Source: a virus
Taxonomy: Duplodnaviria; Caudoviricetes
DNA length: 36,800 nucleotides
Direction: 5' to 3' (one strand)
Virus record (IMG/VR): IMGVR_UViG_3300032074_000019
Coordinates: 1-36,800 of that record
Below, piece by piece: positions 1 through 8,794 of this stretch (its first letter is position 1; each line of letters starts with the position of its first letter). The notes beneath the pieces were generated by a model. That model did no database searches and was not told the origin of the DNA. It saw only the letters and a list, made by a program, of their open reading frames with translations. Position numbers and translations under genes: made by a program.

Positions 1-74
1 GGCAACGGTCTTCACGACGCGCCCGGCCGCGATCAGGGTGTCAGCGGCGCGGTCCGCGCTCTCCACGGTGAGTC

Positions 75-371
75 TCATAGCAGGCACTCGAACTTCCGGT
101 TGTGCGGCCCGCCGCAGACGGCGCAGACCGCGATCTTCCCCACGGGCACCTTGCCGCGCGGGGCGTCGTCGAACGAGGGAAGGGGGTCCGGCGCCCACGT
201 GACGCCGGTCGGCGCCAGGTCGGCCTCGCCCAACTCCACGCAGCGGGCGTACGTGCCGCGGTCCTTGACCAGGCCGTCGACGTACCGCTGCGGGTCCTCC
301 ATGTTGGTGCCCGCGTGCCCGACCGCCCAGCCCGCAGTGGTCAGGTACTCCACGCGCACGAAGTCAACCAC
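75..371 (-). CDS. hypothetical protein with C-terminal Cys/His cluster (CAVCGGPH...C)
   Basis: 98-aa ORF overlapping the upstream leftward gene by 8 nt; CxxC-xxx-H-x5-C possible zinc site. Confidence 0.6.
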   Translation of the reverse strand: MVDFVRVEYLTTAGWAVGHAGTNMEDPQRYVDGLVKDRGTYARCVELGEADLAPTGVTWAPDPLPSFDDAPRGKVPVGKIAVCAVCGGPHNRKFECLL

Positions 372-711
372 GGGGCCACCCCCACGGGTCGCCGCTCAGG
401 TACAGGCCGCGGACCAGGCCGCCCTTCACGCGCACGCGGCCGTTGACGCGCTCGGTGTCGACCTCGGAGACGAAGATGTGCGTGTTCAGGTCCGGCGGCA
501 CCGGGCCGCCGTCCGACATCCTTACCTCGCAGGAGATGTGGCCCCGCTCGTCGCGCCGGAACAGCGTGGCCAGGCCGACGATCGCGCCGTCGCCGCCGGG
601 CCGCATGACCGGCACGAAGCCGGGCATGAAGCGGAGCGAGCCGGGCTCGATGAACCGGCCGTCTACGGTCGGCAGGCCCTCGATGGCGACCTCGATGCGC
701 TGGCCGGTCAC
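364..711 (-). CDS. small protein resembling the N-terminal prohead-protease domain (probably inactive paralog)
   Basis: GGAG RBS before GTG at 711; IEGLPTVDGRFIEPGSLRF..VP...DGAIVG aligns by eye to MENQRTGDGRLIEANALRW..VP...DGAYVVG of 22162..25110. Confidence 0.6.
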   Translation of the reverse strand: MTGQRIEVAIEGLPTVDGRFIEPGSLRFMPGFVPVMRPGGDGAIVGLATLFRRDERGHISCEVRMSDGGPVPPDLNTHIFVSEVDTERVNGRVRVKGGLVRGLYLSGDPWGWPRG

Positions 712-738
712 GTGGGCTCCTCGTACTGGGTCATGGTG

Positions 739-1629
739 TCAGCCACGCCGGTCACCCGCCCCCACCGGGACGTGGACGGGGTCCGGGTCCGCGCTGGCGG
801 CGCAGGCGACGGCCCACGCGGCGCCCTCACCCCCTTCCTCGTCGTCGCGCCAGACGGCGCCGTCCCACACGAGGTTTCGCAGGCAGCCGCGGCACACGTC
901 CCTGGTGCCGGGCCCGGCGAAGGCGCAGCCGCGGCGGGCGCCGTCGGGCGCGTGCTCGGACCGGGCGCGGCGGCAGCGGGCGCACGCGTCGTCGTCCGGG
1001 TGCTGGTCGACGGCCGGGGACGGGTCGGGCTCGACGAGGGGCCAGCCCTCGACGGGACGCACGTCCATGCCCACGGCGTACGCCGTGTTGACCTCCAGGC
1101 GGGCGCCGGGGGACATGTGCCAGGCGGGCAGCAGGGCCACGCCGTCGCACTGCAGCATGGCGCGGAGGTCGCCCTTCAGGTAGCACTCCCAGGAGTGCTT
1201 GCCCTGGCCCTGGCTGACCATCTTGTGCTGCTGCTTGGCCAGGCACTCCTCCGCCGTCAGGCCGCACTCGCCCTCCAGGTCGGTCGGCAGCAGGGGCTCG
1301 TAGCCCAGGGCCGCCAGGCGCGCCCCGGCCGCGTCGAACTCGGCCTTCTTCTGCTCGAAGGTGCGCGAGGGGTCGCTGCTGATCGGCCCGCTGACGTACA
1401 GCACCGGGCGCGCGGGCGGGGCCGTGCGCGGGTCGTGCGGGTACGGGCAGTGCGCCAGGGCGCAGCGGGCCAGGTCGTCGTCGTGGCGGTCGCGCTCCGG
1501 CCCGGTCAGGCCGTACTCGTCGCAGGGCGCGATCTTGACGCCGTTGATCTCGACGGCGCCGCCGGTCTGCTTGATGGTGTCCGCGGCGGCCAGCATCGCG
1601 TCGGCCTCGTGTTCCCTGTTGTGACGCAT
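739..1629 (-). CDS. DUF4406 (nucleoside deoxyribosyltransferase-like) domain protein with Cys-rich C-terminal extension
   Basis: LYVSGPIS...FDAAGARLAALGYEPLLP...WECYLKGDLRAMLQCDGVALLPAWHMSPGARLE is typical of DUF4406; ATG 1629 follows a GAGAGGAA RBS. Confidence 0.75.
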   Translation of the reverse strand: MRHNREHEADAMLAAADTIKQTGGAVEINGVKIAPCDEYGLTGPERDRHDDDLARCALAHCPYPHDPRTAPPARPVLYVSGPISSDPSRTFEQKKAEFDAAGARLAALGYEPLLPTDLEGECGLTAEECLAKQQHKMVSQGQGKHSWECYLKGDLRAMLQCDGVALLPAWHMSPGARLEVNTAYAVGMDVRPVEGWPLVEPDPSPAVDQHPDDDACARCRRARSEHAPDGARRGCAFAGPGTRDVCRGCLRNLVWDGAVWRDDEEGGEGAAWAVACAASADPDPVHVPVGAGDRRG

Positions 1630-1663
1630 CGGTTTCCTCTCGGTGGGGCGGGTGTCCTGGTCC

Positions 1664-1692
1664 ATCATACCACGAACCACGGCAGGTAGCAC
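1664..1692 (-). promoter_or_regulatory. putative leftward sigma70-type promoter
   Basis: minus strand reads GTGCTA-N17-TATGAT with TGG directly before the -10, upstream of the 1629 start; divergent from the rightward promoter at 1742. Confidence 0.5.
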
Positions 1693-1720
1693 GCGCCGTC
1701 CCTTGGAGCAGGGCGTGGCG

Positions 1721-1740
1721 CGGGGAGTGGCGGGGAGTGG
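1721..1740 (+). repeat. tandem CGGGGAGTGG x2 (same motif as the 5.2-5.5 kb array)
   Basis: exact 10-bp tandem duplication between the divergent promoters. Confidence 0.8.
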
Positions 1741-1741
1741 T

Positions 1742-1772
1742 TGAACCAGGTTTTCGGAGTTGGTGGTAGGAT
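1742..1772 (+). promoter_or_regulatory. phage promoter motif copy (TGAACC-N19-TAGGAT)
   Basis: matches consensus TnnACCRR-N15-GGTAKRAT found at five intergenic sites. Confidence 0.55.
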
Positions 1773-1884
1773 GGGTAGGTACGACCGGAAAGACCGACCC
1801 CCACTGGTGTACCCCTCTCGGGACCTCTTTGGCGTGCTCGCTTTCCCCTCCGCAGTGTCAACAAACCAAGGGAGGGCTGGCCTG

Positions 1885-2550
1885 ATGGCCATCCAGACTG
1901 TGTACAAAGGGATCAGGTACCGATCCCGCCTCGAAGCCCGGTGGGCGGCGTTCTTCACCCGCATCGGTTGGCAGTTCACCTACGAGCCGTTTGACGGCGA
2001 CGGCTACATTCCAGACTTCCTCATCCACGGTGACGACCCGTTCCTCGTGGAGGTCAAGCCCGCGGTGACGCCGGGAGACTACGAGGCCGCCGTGCCGAAG
2101 ACCCTGCGCGGTGTCGACCACCAGTGGGAGAAGCGGATCCTGATCGTCGGCGTGTCGCCGTTCGTCGGTGTCTCGCACGAGTTCGGCGACGGCGAGTGGG
2201 TTCGCGCCGGACTCCTCATCGAGCGAAGGCCGCCGGACGTGGAGCGCGGGCACCACGACTACACCCTGGACGGCGACGCCGCCGTCTGGGCGACCTCCTG
2301 CTACAACGGCTACAGGGTCTACGGCCCACACCCGCACCACGGCAACCCAACCCACGCGGTCGCGGGCGCGACACGCTGCGAGGGCGTCAGCGTCTTCCAC
2401 GAGTTGATGGGCTTTGACGCCTCGCCGTGCGGACACTCCTCGGGCGGGCGTGCGCCCGGGTGCAACGTCGTCGCTGGGCTACGTCGGCACTGGGCAGCGG
2501 CCACCAATGACGTGCAGTGGAAGAAGAAGAAGAAAAGGGGACGCGCGTGA
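1885..2550 (+). CDS. PD-(D/E)XK family nuclease
   Basis: YKGIRYRSRLEARWAAFF...YEP...YIPDF...VEVKP; GGAGGG RBS before ATG 1885; C-terminal KKKKKRGR. Confidence 0.8.
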   Translation: MAIQTVYKGIRYRSRLEARWAAFFTRIGWQFTYEPFDGDGYIPDFLIHGDDPFLVEVKPAVTPGDYEAAVPKTLRGVDHQWEKRILIVGVSPFVGVSHEFGDGEWVRAGLLIERRPPDVERGHHDYTLDGDAAVWATSCYNGYRVYGPHPHHGNPTHAVAGATRCEGVSVFHELMGFDASPCGHSSGGRAPGCNVVAGLRRHWAAATNDVQWKKKKKRGRA

Positions 2551-5018
2551 ACCGCGACGAGACACTGGCCTTTGCCAACAACCTGCTGGACTGGGGCGTG
2601 CCGGTGGTGGTGTGCGCGCCGAAGCCCGACTCGCAGGACATGGTGCCCATCATCGCCTGGACCGCGATCACCAACGCGGAGCAGTGCCGGGCGCACCTGT
2701 CGCGGTACCGGCACGGGACGGACGCCCTGGCCCTGATCGGCGGCCACGGGATCGACGTCATCGACGTGGACACCAAGGCGGGCGGCTCGATCGCCCCGTT
2801 CGGTGACCTCACGCACTTCGGCGTCACCAAGACGCCGAGCGGCGGCTACCACTACGTCATCGCCAGCACCGGCCTCCGCAAGAAGCAGAACCTCACGGTT
2901 GACGGCCAGGTGGTCGGCGACTACGTCGGCGGCACGGCGGGTCACGGCTCACGGATGATCGCCTACCTGCCGGGCTCGTACCGGCCGAACAAGTACGGCG
3001 ACGTGCAGTACATGGAGTTTGAGCCCTGGGACGTGGAGGGGGCGGTGCTCGCCGGGCCAGACCCCAAGGTGGTCGAGATCCTGGAGCGTGCGGGCGTCAA
3101 CGACGACGACGAGGTCGAGGGCTACATCGACGACGCGCCGGACCGCGACCCCGCGGACGGCGTCCACCCGGAGGCCCAGCGGTGGATCGACGAGGAGTTG
3201 AAGCGGCTCGACGACCTGCCGCAGCCGTGGGCGCCGGGCTCGTACTGGGACGACACGACGTTCCAGGTCGCGTGTGCTCTGCAGCGGATCGCCAACTCAA
3301 ACTGGACCGGGTACTCGACCGACGACGCGCTGGCGGACCTGCTCGACCACGCGCCCGCGGACGAGCGGTGGGGTCCGAAGGAGCACACGGCGAAGTGGCG
3401 GTACGCGAAGGAGGCGGTCGGCAACACGGGACGCCGGAACCCACACGACGCACGGAACGACTTCACGGTGGTCAAGACGCCACGGCCGAGGGACCAACTC
3501 GACGTGACGACACCCAAGGACGCGTTCGACGCGGTCTTCCTCCTGCTGGGTCAGGAGGGCACGTCGCTGGCCGGGCTGTTCCGGCGAGGCGTGGACCTCG
3601 TCTACACGCCTCGGGTCGGCGAGGACGGCTACGTCGAACCGACCAACGGCAACGACGACGGGCCGCTGCAGATCCGGCGGATGACGCCCACGGCCCTCCA
3701 GGCGTACATCAACCACCGGTACCGGATCTTCAAGTGGAAGGCTGCCACGCAGACGCAACCGCGGCAGGCGGTGCCCGCGATGTTCCCGAAGGAGGTGGCC
3801 GTCCAGGCGTGCGAGGCTCCGGAGTTGCTGTCCTCGCTCCGGCCGCTGGCGGGCGTCTCCCACACGCCGTTTGCGCGAGCGGACGGCTCGGTGCTGACCC
3901 GGCCGGGCTACGACGAGGCGTCCCGGATGCTGTTCCTGCCGGACCGCGGGCTGAGGATCCCGAGCGAGCACAGGGGCCTGGCGCTGCTGGACGAACTGGT
4001 GGAGGGCTTCCCGTTCGTGAGCGAGCACGACCGGGCGAACTACCTCGGCCTGCTCCTGACGCCGCTGCTCCGGCAGGTCGTGCCGCCCGCCTACCCGCTG
4101 TTCGCGATCGGCGCGCCGCAACCAGGCTCGGGGAAGTCGCTCCTGGCGCAGGTGCTCCGCGTACTGCACGGCGGCGTCTTCCGCGCGGAAATGCCGCGAG
4201 ACAGCGCAGAGTTCCGGAAGCAGATCACGTCGATCCTGGACACGACCTCGGCGCCCGTGGTGACGTTCGACAACATGAACGGCACGCTTCGCTCGCCGCT
4301 GTTCGAGTCCCTGCTGACCGGTGACACGTGGACCGACCGGGTGCTCGGCGCGACCGAGGACCGGGAGATTCCCAACGACCGCGTGTGGACGCTGACCGGC
4401 AACAACCTCTCTCTCGGCGGCGACCTGAAGCGACGCACGGTGTGGATCACGATCGACCCGAAGATGGAGCACCCGGAGCAGCGGACGGCTTTCCGGCACC
4501 CGGACCTGCCGTCGTGGGTGGAAGAGACTCGCGGGGAGATCCTGGCCGCCCTGCTGGGTCTGGTCACGGACTGGGTGGACGCGGGCAAGCCGGTGCAGCC
4601 GCAGGAGCGAACGGACTCGTTCGGCCGCTGGCAGCAGGTGGTCGGCGCGATCCTCCGGCACGCGGGGGTGCCCGGCACGCTGAACCACGAGTCCAGCGTG
4701 CGGCAGGCGGGGCTGGAGGACGAGGACGAGTGGGCGGGCTTCCTGGCGGGCGTCCAGCAGATGTTCGGGGGTGACCGCTGGCAGGTCAAGCAGGTCATCA
4801 CGGCGGTCGAGTTGGGTGACCTGGACGGCGACGACCTGCCCGCCGAGATCCTGGACAAGATGCGGTTCGACTCGCGAGCCGCGTCCAAGTCGCTGGGCCG
4901 CTGGGTGCAGAACCGGGCCGACCGCTGGTTCGACGGTCGGAGCGCCGTGGAGGCGGGCAAGGACCGGAACAAGGTGAAGTACTGGCGGATCGTGACGCCG
5001 GAGACCGACCTGCTGTGA
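2547..5018 (+). CDS. bifunctional primase/polymerase (Prim-Pol) fused to SF3-type helicase
   Basis: N-terminal VIDVD and TPSGGYHY Prim-Pol motifs; Walker A GAPQPGSGKS, Walker B VVTFDN, motif C LTGNN; GTGA overlap with the nuclease stop. Confidence 0.85.
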   Translation: MNRDETLAFANNLLDWGVPVVVCAPKPDSQDMVPIIAWTAITNAEQCRAHLSRYRHGTDALALIGGHGIDVIDVDTKAGGSIAPFGDLTHFGVTKTPSGGYHYVIASTGLRKKQNLTVDGQVVGDYVGGTAGHGSRMIAYLPGSYRPNKYGDVQYMEFEPWDVEGAVLAGPDPKVVEILERAGVNDDDEVEGYIDDAPDRDPADGVHPEAQRWIDEELKRLDDLPQPWAPGSYWDDTTFQVACALQRIANSNWTGYSTDDALADLLDHAPADERWGPKEHTAKWRYAKEAVGNTGRRNPHDARNDFTVVKTPRPRDQLDVTTPKDAFDAVFLLLGQEGTSLAGLFRRGVDLVYTPRVGEDGYVEPTNGNDDGPLQIRRMTPTALQAYINHRYRIFKWKAATQTQPRQAVPAMFPKEVAVQACEAPELLSSLRPLAGVSHTPFARADGSVLTRPGYDEASRMLFLPDRGLRIPSEHRGLALLDELVEGFPFVSEHDRANYLGLLLTPLLRQVVPPAYPLFAIGAPQPGSGKSLLAQVLRVLHGGVFRAEMPRDSAEFRKQITSILDTTSAPVVTFDNMNGTLRSPLFESLLTGDTWTDRVLGATEDREIPNDRVWTLTGNNLSLGGDLKRRTVWITIDPKMEHPEQRTAFRHPDLPSWVEETRGEILAALLGLVTDWVDAGKPVQPQERTDSFGRWQQVVGAILRHAGVPGTLNHESSVRQAGLEDEDEWAGFLAGVQQMFGGDRWQVKQVITAVELGDLDGDDLPAEILDKMRFDSRAASKSLGRWVQNRADRWFDGRSAVEAGKDRNKVKYWRIVTPETDLL

Positions 5019-5227
5019 CGGACGAACTGAGGCAGTGCTGCCTGTGCGGGCGCCGGAAACGGCGGGGGTGGCGTTCGGTGCCCGGGGGCAAGCAGGCGTG
5101 CTTGGAGTGGGACCGGTGCCTGGCCCGGCGGGGCCCGGCGTGCGCCGAGGAGGGGCCCGGCGACGACCGCTGTCGGCGGCGCCAGGGCCACCAGGGCGGC
5201 CACGTCGGCGTTCTGCGGGCGTGGTGA
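5015..5227 (+). CDS. small Cys-rich hypothetical protein
   Basis: GTGA overlap with primase stop; CCLC...C...C..C..C...H..H pattern. Confidence 0.45.
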   Translation: MTDELRQCCLCGRRKRRGWRSVPGGKQACLEWDRCLARRGPACAEEGPGDDRCRRRQGHQGGHVGVLRAW

Positions 5228-5527
5228 CCGCGGGGAGTGGCGGGAAGTGCAGCACTCCCCGCGGGACACCGCGGGGCCGTCAGGGGGTAAAAGCGGGGCG
5301 CCAGGGGGCGACGGTGGGCCGTCGGCTCGTTGCCACCCGGACGACTCCCCGCGACTTACCGCGGGCTTCCTTCAAGGGAGCGAAAAAACGCGGGGAGTGG
5401 GGTAGTGGCGGGTAGTCCTTCGGTCCCTTCGCGAGTCGACTTCCATTTTTCAAAAGCAGAAAGCAGGGGGGCAGAGAAAAAAGATGAACCACCCGGAGGA
5501 CTCCCCGCGACTCCCCGACTCCCCGCG
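5228..5527. repeat. iteron-like GCGGGGAGT/ACTCCCCGC array with AT-rich core; candidate replication origin
   Basis: about 10 exact or degenerate copies in both orientations; perfect 12-bp inverted repeat 5228-5239/5253-5264; A/T tracts at about 5440-5490; directly downstream of primase-helicase. Confidence 0.65.
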
Positions 5528-5657
5528 TTTGCCCTCGCCCTTGCTTGGAGGAACACCCGGGACGCCCGGGGGCGTCGAGGAACCGCCAGACAGCACGGAG
5601 GCCCCCGCCGCCCGCCGACGCCGCGCGCCCACGCGCCAGAGGGGCGAAAGCCGCGGC

Positions 5658-5688
5658 TGCACCAGAAACGGCCGTCGCGGGGTAGAAT
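5658..5688 (+). promoter_or_regulatory. phage promoter motif copy (TGCACC-N19-TAGAAT)
   Basis: consensus match upstream of 5732 gene. Confidence 0.65.
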
Positions 5689-5731
5689 GGGTTTGACAGC
5701 CCAAACCCAACCAAACAAGGGGAAACTACAG

Positions 5732-5989
5732 ATGGCACGCAAGACCGGCCTGGAGATCGCCCAGGACAACCTGGCCACCGCGGAGCGCGTCCACGAGAAG
5801 GCCAAGGCCCGCGTGGAGAAGACCCGTGAGGCCCACGAGAAGGCCGTCGCCGACGAGCGGCTGGCCGGGCGCAAGGTGCGGGCCGCCCGCATCGTCGCGC
5901 TCGACGAGGAGGTCGACCAGCCGATCGACCCCGAGGCCACGGACGCCGCGCCGCCGCAGACCGGCGACGACGACTCCGACGTCCTCTGA
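5732..5989 (+). CDS. hypothetical coiled-coil protein with acidic tail
   Basis: AAGGGG RBS, ATG 5732, helical A/E/K/R-rich 85-aa product. Confidence 0.75.
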   Translation: MARKTGLEIAQDNLATAERVHEKAKARVEKTREAHEKAVADERLAGRKVRAARIVALDEEVDQPIDPEATDAAPPQTGDDDSDVL

Positions 5990-5999
5990 GGCCGGGGCC

Positions 6000-6461
6000 G
6001 TGACCGGCAGCGCCTTCCCGCACCCGCTCGACGGGGCGGGCGTGACCCCGCCCGCGACGCTGATCGCGGAGCCCGGGCAGAACGTCGGTCACGGCCACGT
6101 CTTCCCGCGGCCGGACGGCGTCCGGGCCCGCTGCGGCGGCCCGGCGCTGTGCCGGACCTGCAGCACCGACGCCGCCCACAAGGCCGCCCAGGAGGCCCAG
6201 ACGGCGGCCCTGCTGGGCGCGCTGGCCGCCCCGTGGGTCCGGCCCCTGGTGGCCTGGCTGCGGGCCGAGAGCGACACCCTGGACTTCGGCGGCGAGGAGG
6301 TCCCGCCCCGGCTGCGGGCCGTCCTGGACGCCGTGTTCCGCGCCGACGAGGGCCCGGACGGCGAGACGGTGCACGGCGTGCTCCGCCGCCACCTGCCCGG
6401 CTGGGACGGCTCCGTCGTGCACCTGGGCCAGATCCTCGGCGCCGTCTTCGGGGGGCGGTGA
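6000..6461 (+). CDS. hypothetical protein with GHGHVFPRPDG..ARCGGP.LC..C metal-binding-like motif
   Basis: GTG 6000; His/Cys motif; GC3-rich codon usage. Confidence 0.65.
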   Translation: MTGSAFPHPLDGAGVTPPATLIAEPGQNVGHGHVFPRPDGVRARCGGPALCRTCSTDAAHKAAQEAQTAALLGALAAPWVRPLVAWLRAESDTLDFGGEEVPPRLRAVLDAVFRADEGPDGETVHGVLRRHLPGWDGSVVHLGQILGAVFGGR

Positions 6462-6571
6462 CCGTGCTGTTCTGGCTCGGCTTCCTCGTCGGCGCGACCG
6501 CCGCCAGCGTCGCGTTCGGCGTGGCCCTGTGGCCGCGGCACGCGGCCGAGGACGAGGGGCGGCGGCCGTGA
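6458..6571 (+). CDS. small membrane protein
   Basis: GTGA overlaps at both ends; hydrophobic VLFWLGFLVGATAASVAFGVALW. Confidence 0.6.
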   Translation: MTVLFWLGFLVGATAASVAFGVALWPRHAAEDEGRRP

Positions 6572-6732
6572 TCGGCGTCTGCCCGGCGGTGAGCCCGGAG
6601 TCCGGCCGCCCGTGCGTCCTGCCGAACGCCCGGGAGTACCACAGTCGCGGGCACGAGAGCGCCCGTGTCGACGTGGTGCGCGTCGTCTGGGGCACGACCG
6701 ACGAGGACGCCGACCGCTGGGACGAGGGGTGA
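6568..6732 (+). CDS. hypothetical protein (C..C..H..H)
   Basis: GTGA overlaps at both ends. Confidence 0.55.
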   Translation: MIGVCPAVSPESGRPCVLPNAREYHSRGHESARVDVVRVVWGTTDEDADRWDEG

Positions 6733-7298
6733 CCGCCGTGGCCGCGACCAAGGAGCCGAAGCGCGTGCTCAGCCCCGCCCAGGAGGCGGAGATGCTCCGC
6801 AAGGAGCGGATCGTCCTGGAGGAGCGGATCAAGGGCAAGTCCTTCCACAAGATCGAGAAGGAGTTCAAGATCCACAACCCGGACCGGGTGTGGAAGCGCG
6901 CGATCGCCCGCGAGGAGAACCTGGGGTACGTCCGGGCGGAGGCGATCCGCCTGGAGGAGTTGCGGCTCGACGAACTGCAGGAGGGCATCTGGCCCCGGGC
7001 CCTGTCCGGCGACGCCCGCGCCGTCGAGGTCGCGCTCAAGGTCCTGGAGCGCCGGGCCCGGATGGGCGGCCTGGACTTCGCGGACATGATCAGCGGGCAA
7101 CTCGTCGAGGTCGAGCGGGCGAAGGTGAAGGTGATGGCCACCGCCCTCGTGAGCGCCCTGCAGGCGATCGGCGCCACGCCGGAGCAGCGGACGCAGGCCA
7201 CGGCCGCGTTCTTCGCCCAACTCCGCACCGTCGCCGCCGAGGGCGCGCCCGCCCTGGAGCCCGCCGGGCTCGCCCCCGAGGACGAGGCCCTGCTGTGA
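6729..7298 (+). CDS. HTH DNA-binding protein, probable terminase small subunit
   Basis: RIKGKSFHKIEKEF HTH-like segment followed by RLEELRLDEL..IWPRALSGD..AVEVALKVLERRARMGGLD, typical of actinophage TerS-like proteins; upstream of TerL. Confidence 0.6.
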   Translation: MTAVAATKEPKRVLSPAQEAEMLRKERIVLEERIKGKSFHKIEKEFKIHNPDRVWKRAIAREENLGYVRAEAIRLEELRLDELQEGIWPRALSGDARAVEVALKVLERRARMGGLDFADMISGQLVEVERAKVKVMATALVSALQAIGATPEQRTQATAAFFAQLRTVAAEGAPALEPAGLAPEDEALL

Positions 7299-7435
7299 AC
7301 CCGCCGCCCCGGCACTGGTGGCTGCCGCTCTGCACGCGGGCCGTGGCGGGCGCCCTGTGCTGGCTGGAGACCGGGCACGACGGCGCGTGCGCCGCCACGC
7401 TCGCCGAGGCACACCAACGGGAGGAGACGCGGTGA
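7295..7435 (+). CDS. hypothetical protein (C..CWLETGHDGAC)
   Basis: GTGA overlaps at both ends. Confidence 0.5.
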   Translation: MNPPPRHWWLPLCTRAVAGALCWLETGHDGACAATLAEAHQREETR

Positions 7436-7734
7436 CCGACACCGACGCCGTCCTGGCGACCGAGGCGGCCTGGCTGGAGACGGCGCACGCGAACAGCGCG
7501 GGCCGCGGGTACAGCGACGAGTACCGCCGGGGCTTCGCCGCCGCGGCGGGCTGGGTCCGCCTGCACGCGGAGATGGACAGCCCGCCGCACCACCGGCCGC
7601 CGCGCGACCCGGCCGCGTGCGAGCACCTGCTGGTGCCCCGGCTGGCGGGCCTGTGGCGCTGCCTGGGCTGCCACGAGGACTTCACCCGCGACGAGGCGGG
7701 CGCCCTGACCCACTACCGATGGGACCGACCGTGA
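7432..7734 (+). CDS. hypothetical protein with CEH...CLGC zinc-ribbon-like motif
   Basis: GGAGGAG RBS, GTGA overlap. Confidence 0.6.
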   Translation: MTDTDAVLATEAAWLETAHANSAGRGYSDEYRRGFAAAAGWVRLHAEMDSPPHHRPPRDPAACEHLLVPRLAGLWRCLGCHEDFTRDEAGALTHYRWDRP

Positions 7735-7934
7735 CAGACCTCCAAGCCACCAAGGCGTTCCTGGACTGGCAGGGCCAGGAGCCGCACCGCGCGGCGCCCG
7801 GCCCGGACTACTGGGCGTGGCGCTGCCGCGTCTGCTCCAAGCCCGTCGCCAACCGGCGCCTGCACCCCCGCCTCGGCGGCCTGGCCCGCGAGGTCCGGCG
7901 CTGGCGGGCCCGGATGCCGGGGCGGTCCTGGTGA
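7731..7934 (+). CDS. hypothetical protein (H...CRVC...H)
   Basis: GTGA overlap. Confidence 0.55.
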   Translation: MTDLQATKAFLDWQGQEPHRAAPGPDYWAWRCRVCSKPVANRRLHPRLGGLAREVRRWRARMPGRSW

Positions 7935-7972
7935 GCCCGGCCCCGGCACACCTGCCAAGGAAGGAAGGCCCC

Positions 7973-8155
7973 GTGACCACCACCGAGCACGCCGTCCGGG
8001 TCTCGTACCCCGGCGCCCAGGACCGCCTGCTGCCCTGCGCCTCCGCGGAGGTCGCGGCCAAGGCCCTGCACGTGATCAACCACCTGGACAGCACGCCCGC
8101 GACCGGCGTCCTGGTGTCCCGCGAGGTCGGCGCCTGGACCGAGGTCGAGCCGTGA
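7973..8155 (+). CDS. hypothetical protein
   Basis: AAGGAAGG RBS before GTG 7973. Confidence 0.6.
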   Translation: MTTTEHAVRVSYPGAQDRLLPCASAEVAAKALHVINHLDSTPATGVLVSREVGAWTEVEP

Positions 8156-8391
8156 GGAGCACCCGGCAGGGCTGCGCCCGCGGCCAGGGGCACGGCACCC
8201 TGGACCGGGAGGACCTGGACCTCGGCAGCCCCGGCCCCTGGACGTGGAGCGCGCGGGCGCAGGAGCGGCCCCACCCCGGCGCGGCGCAGGCCCTGCACGT
8301 GATCGCCGCGGGCGGCTGCTGGTGCGGCGAGGACTTCAACCACCCCTGGCCCGGCAAGGACTCCGGCGCCCCGCACCCGAGGAGCAACTGA
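8152..8391 (+). CDS. hypothetical protein (H...CWC...H)
   Basis: GTGA overlap upstream, TGATG overlap downstream. Confidence 0.55.
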   Translation: MRSTRQGCARGQGHGTLDREDLDLGSPGPWTWSARAQERPHPGAAQALHVIAAGGCWCGEDFNHPWPGKDSGAPHPRSN

Positions 8392-8651
8392 TGACGGCCT
8401 GGCTGCGGCGCTTCCGCTTCCTGCAGGCGTACCGCGCCCTCCGGCAGATCGCCGAGGACCACCGCGCCCAGGACCACGAGGTCACCTTCCTGGCCCTGAA
8501 CGAGGGCAAGATCGTGCTCGTCTGCCACACCTGCCAGGACGCCGCCCTGGGCCGCGCCCTGGACGCCCGGAAGGCGGACCCCCGCGAGTGCGGCCTGTTC
8601 GGCTGCGGCGACGAGCGCTGCAAGGACTTCTGCCAGGGGGTCGGCCTGTGA
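8391..8651 (+). CDS. hypothetical Cys-rich protein
   Basis: GAGGAG RBS; H..H...CHTC and C...C....C...C clusters. Confidence 0.6.
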   Translation: MTAWLRRFRFLQAYRALRQIAEDHRAQDHEVTFLALNEGKIVLVCHTCQDAALGRALDARKADPRECGLFGCGDERCKDFCQGVGL

Positions 8652-8791
8652 ACCGCGCCAGCCCGCTGGCCGGGCAGCCCGGCACCCGGCCCTGCCCCCT
8701 GGGCTGCGGGGCCGTCCTGCAGCGCGTCGGCAGCGGCACGCCGGAGGACGGCGTCGCCGCCCACCTCCGCGTCGTGCACGGGAGGGCCTGA
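8648..8791 (+). CDS. small C2H2-like zinc-finger protein
   Basis: CPLGC-x18-HLRVVH; GTGA overlap. Confidence 0.5.
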   Translation: MNRASPLAGQPGTRPCPLGCGAVLQRVGSGTPEDGVAAHLRVVHGRA

Positions 8792-8794
8792 GCC

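Noticed and set aside
1741-1884. Upstream extensions of ORFs in the track (starts at 1741, 1692, 5330, 27276, 29695, 35408)
   Set aside because: They overlap promoters or neighbouring genes; downstream starts have clear RBS or stop-start overlaps.
5228-5527. CRISPR array
   Set aside because: Repeats are only 8-10 bp, occur in both orientations and lack regular unique spacers.
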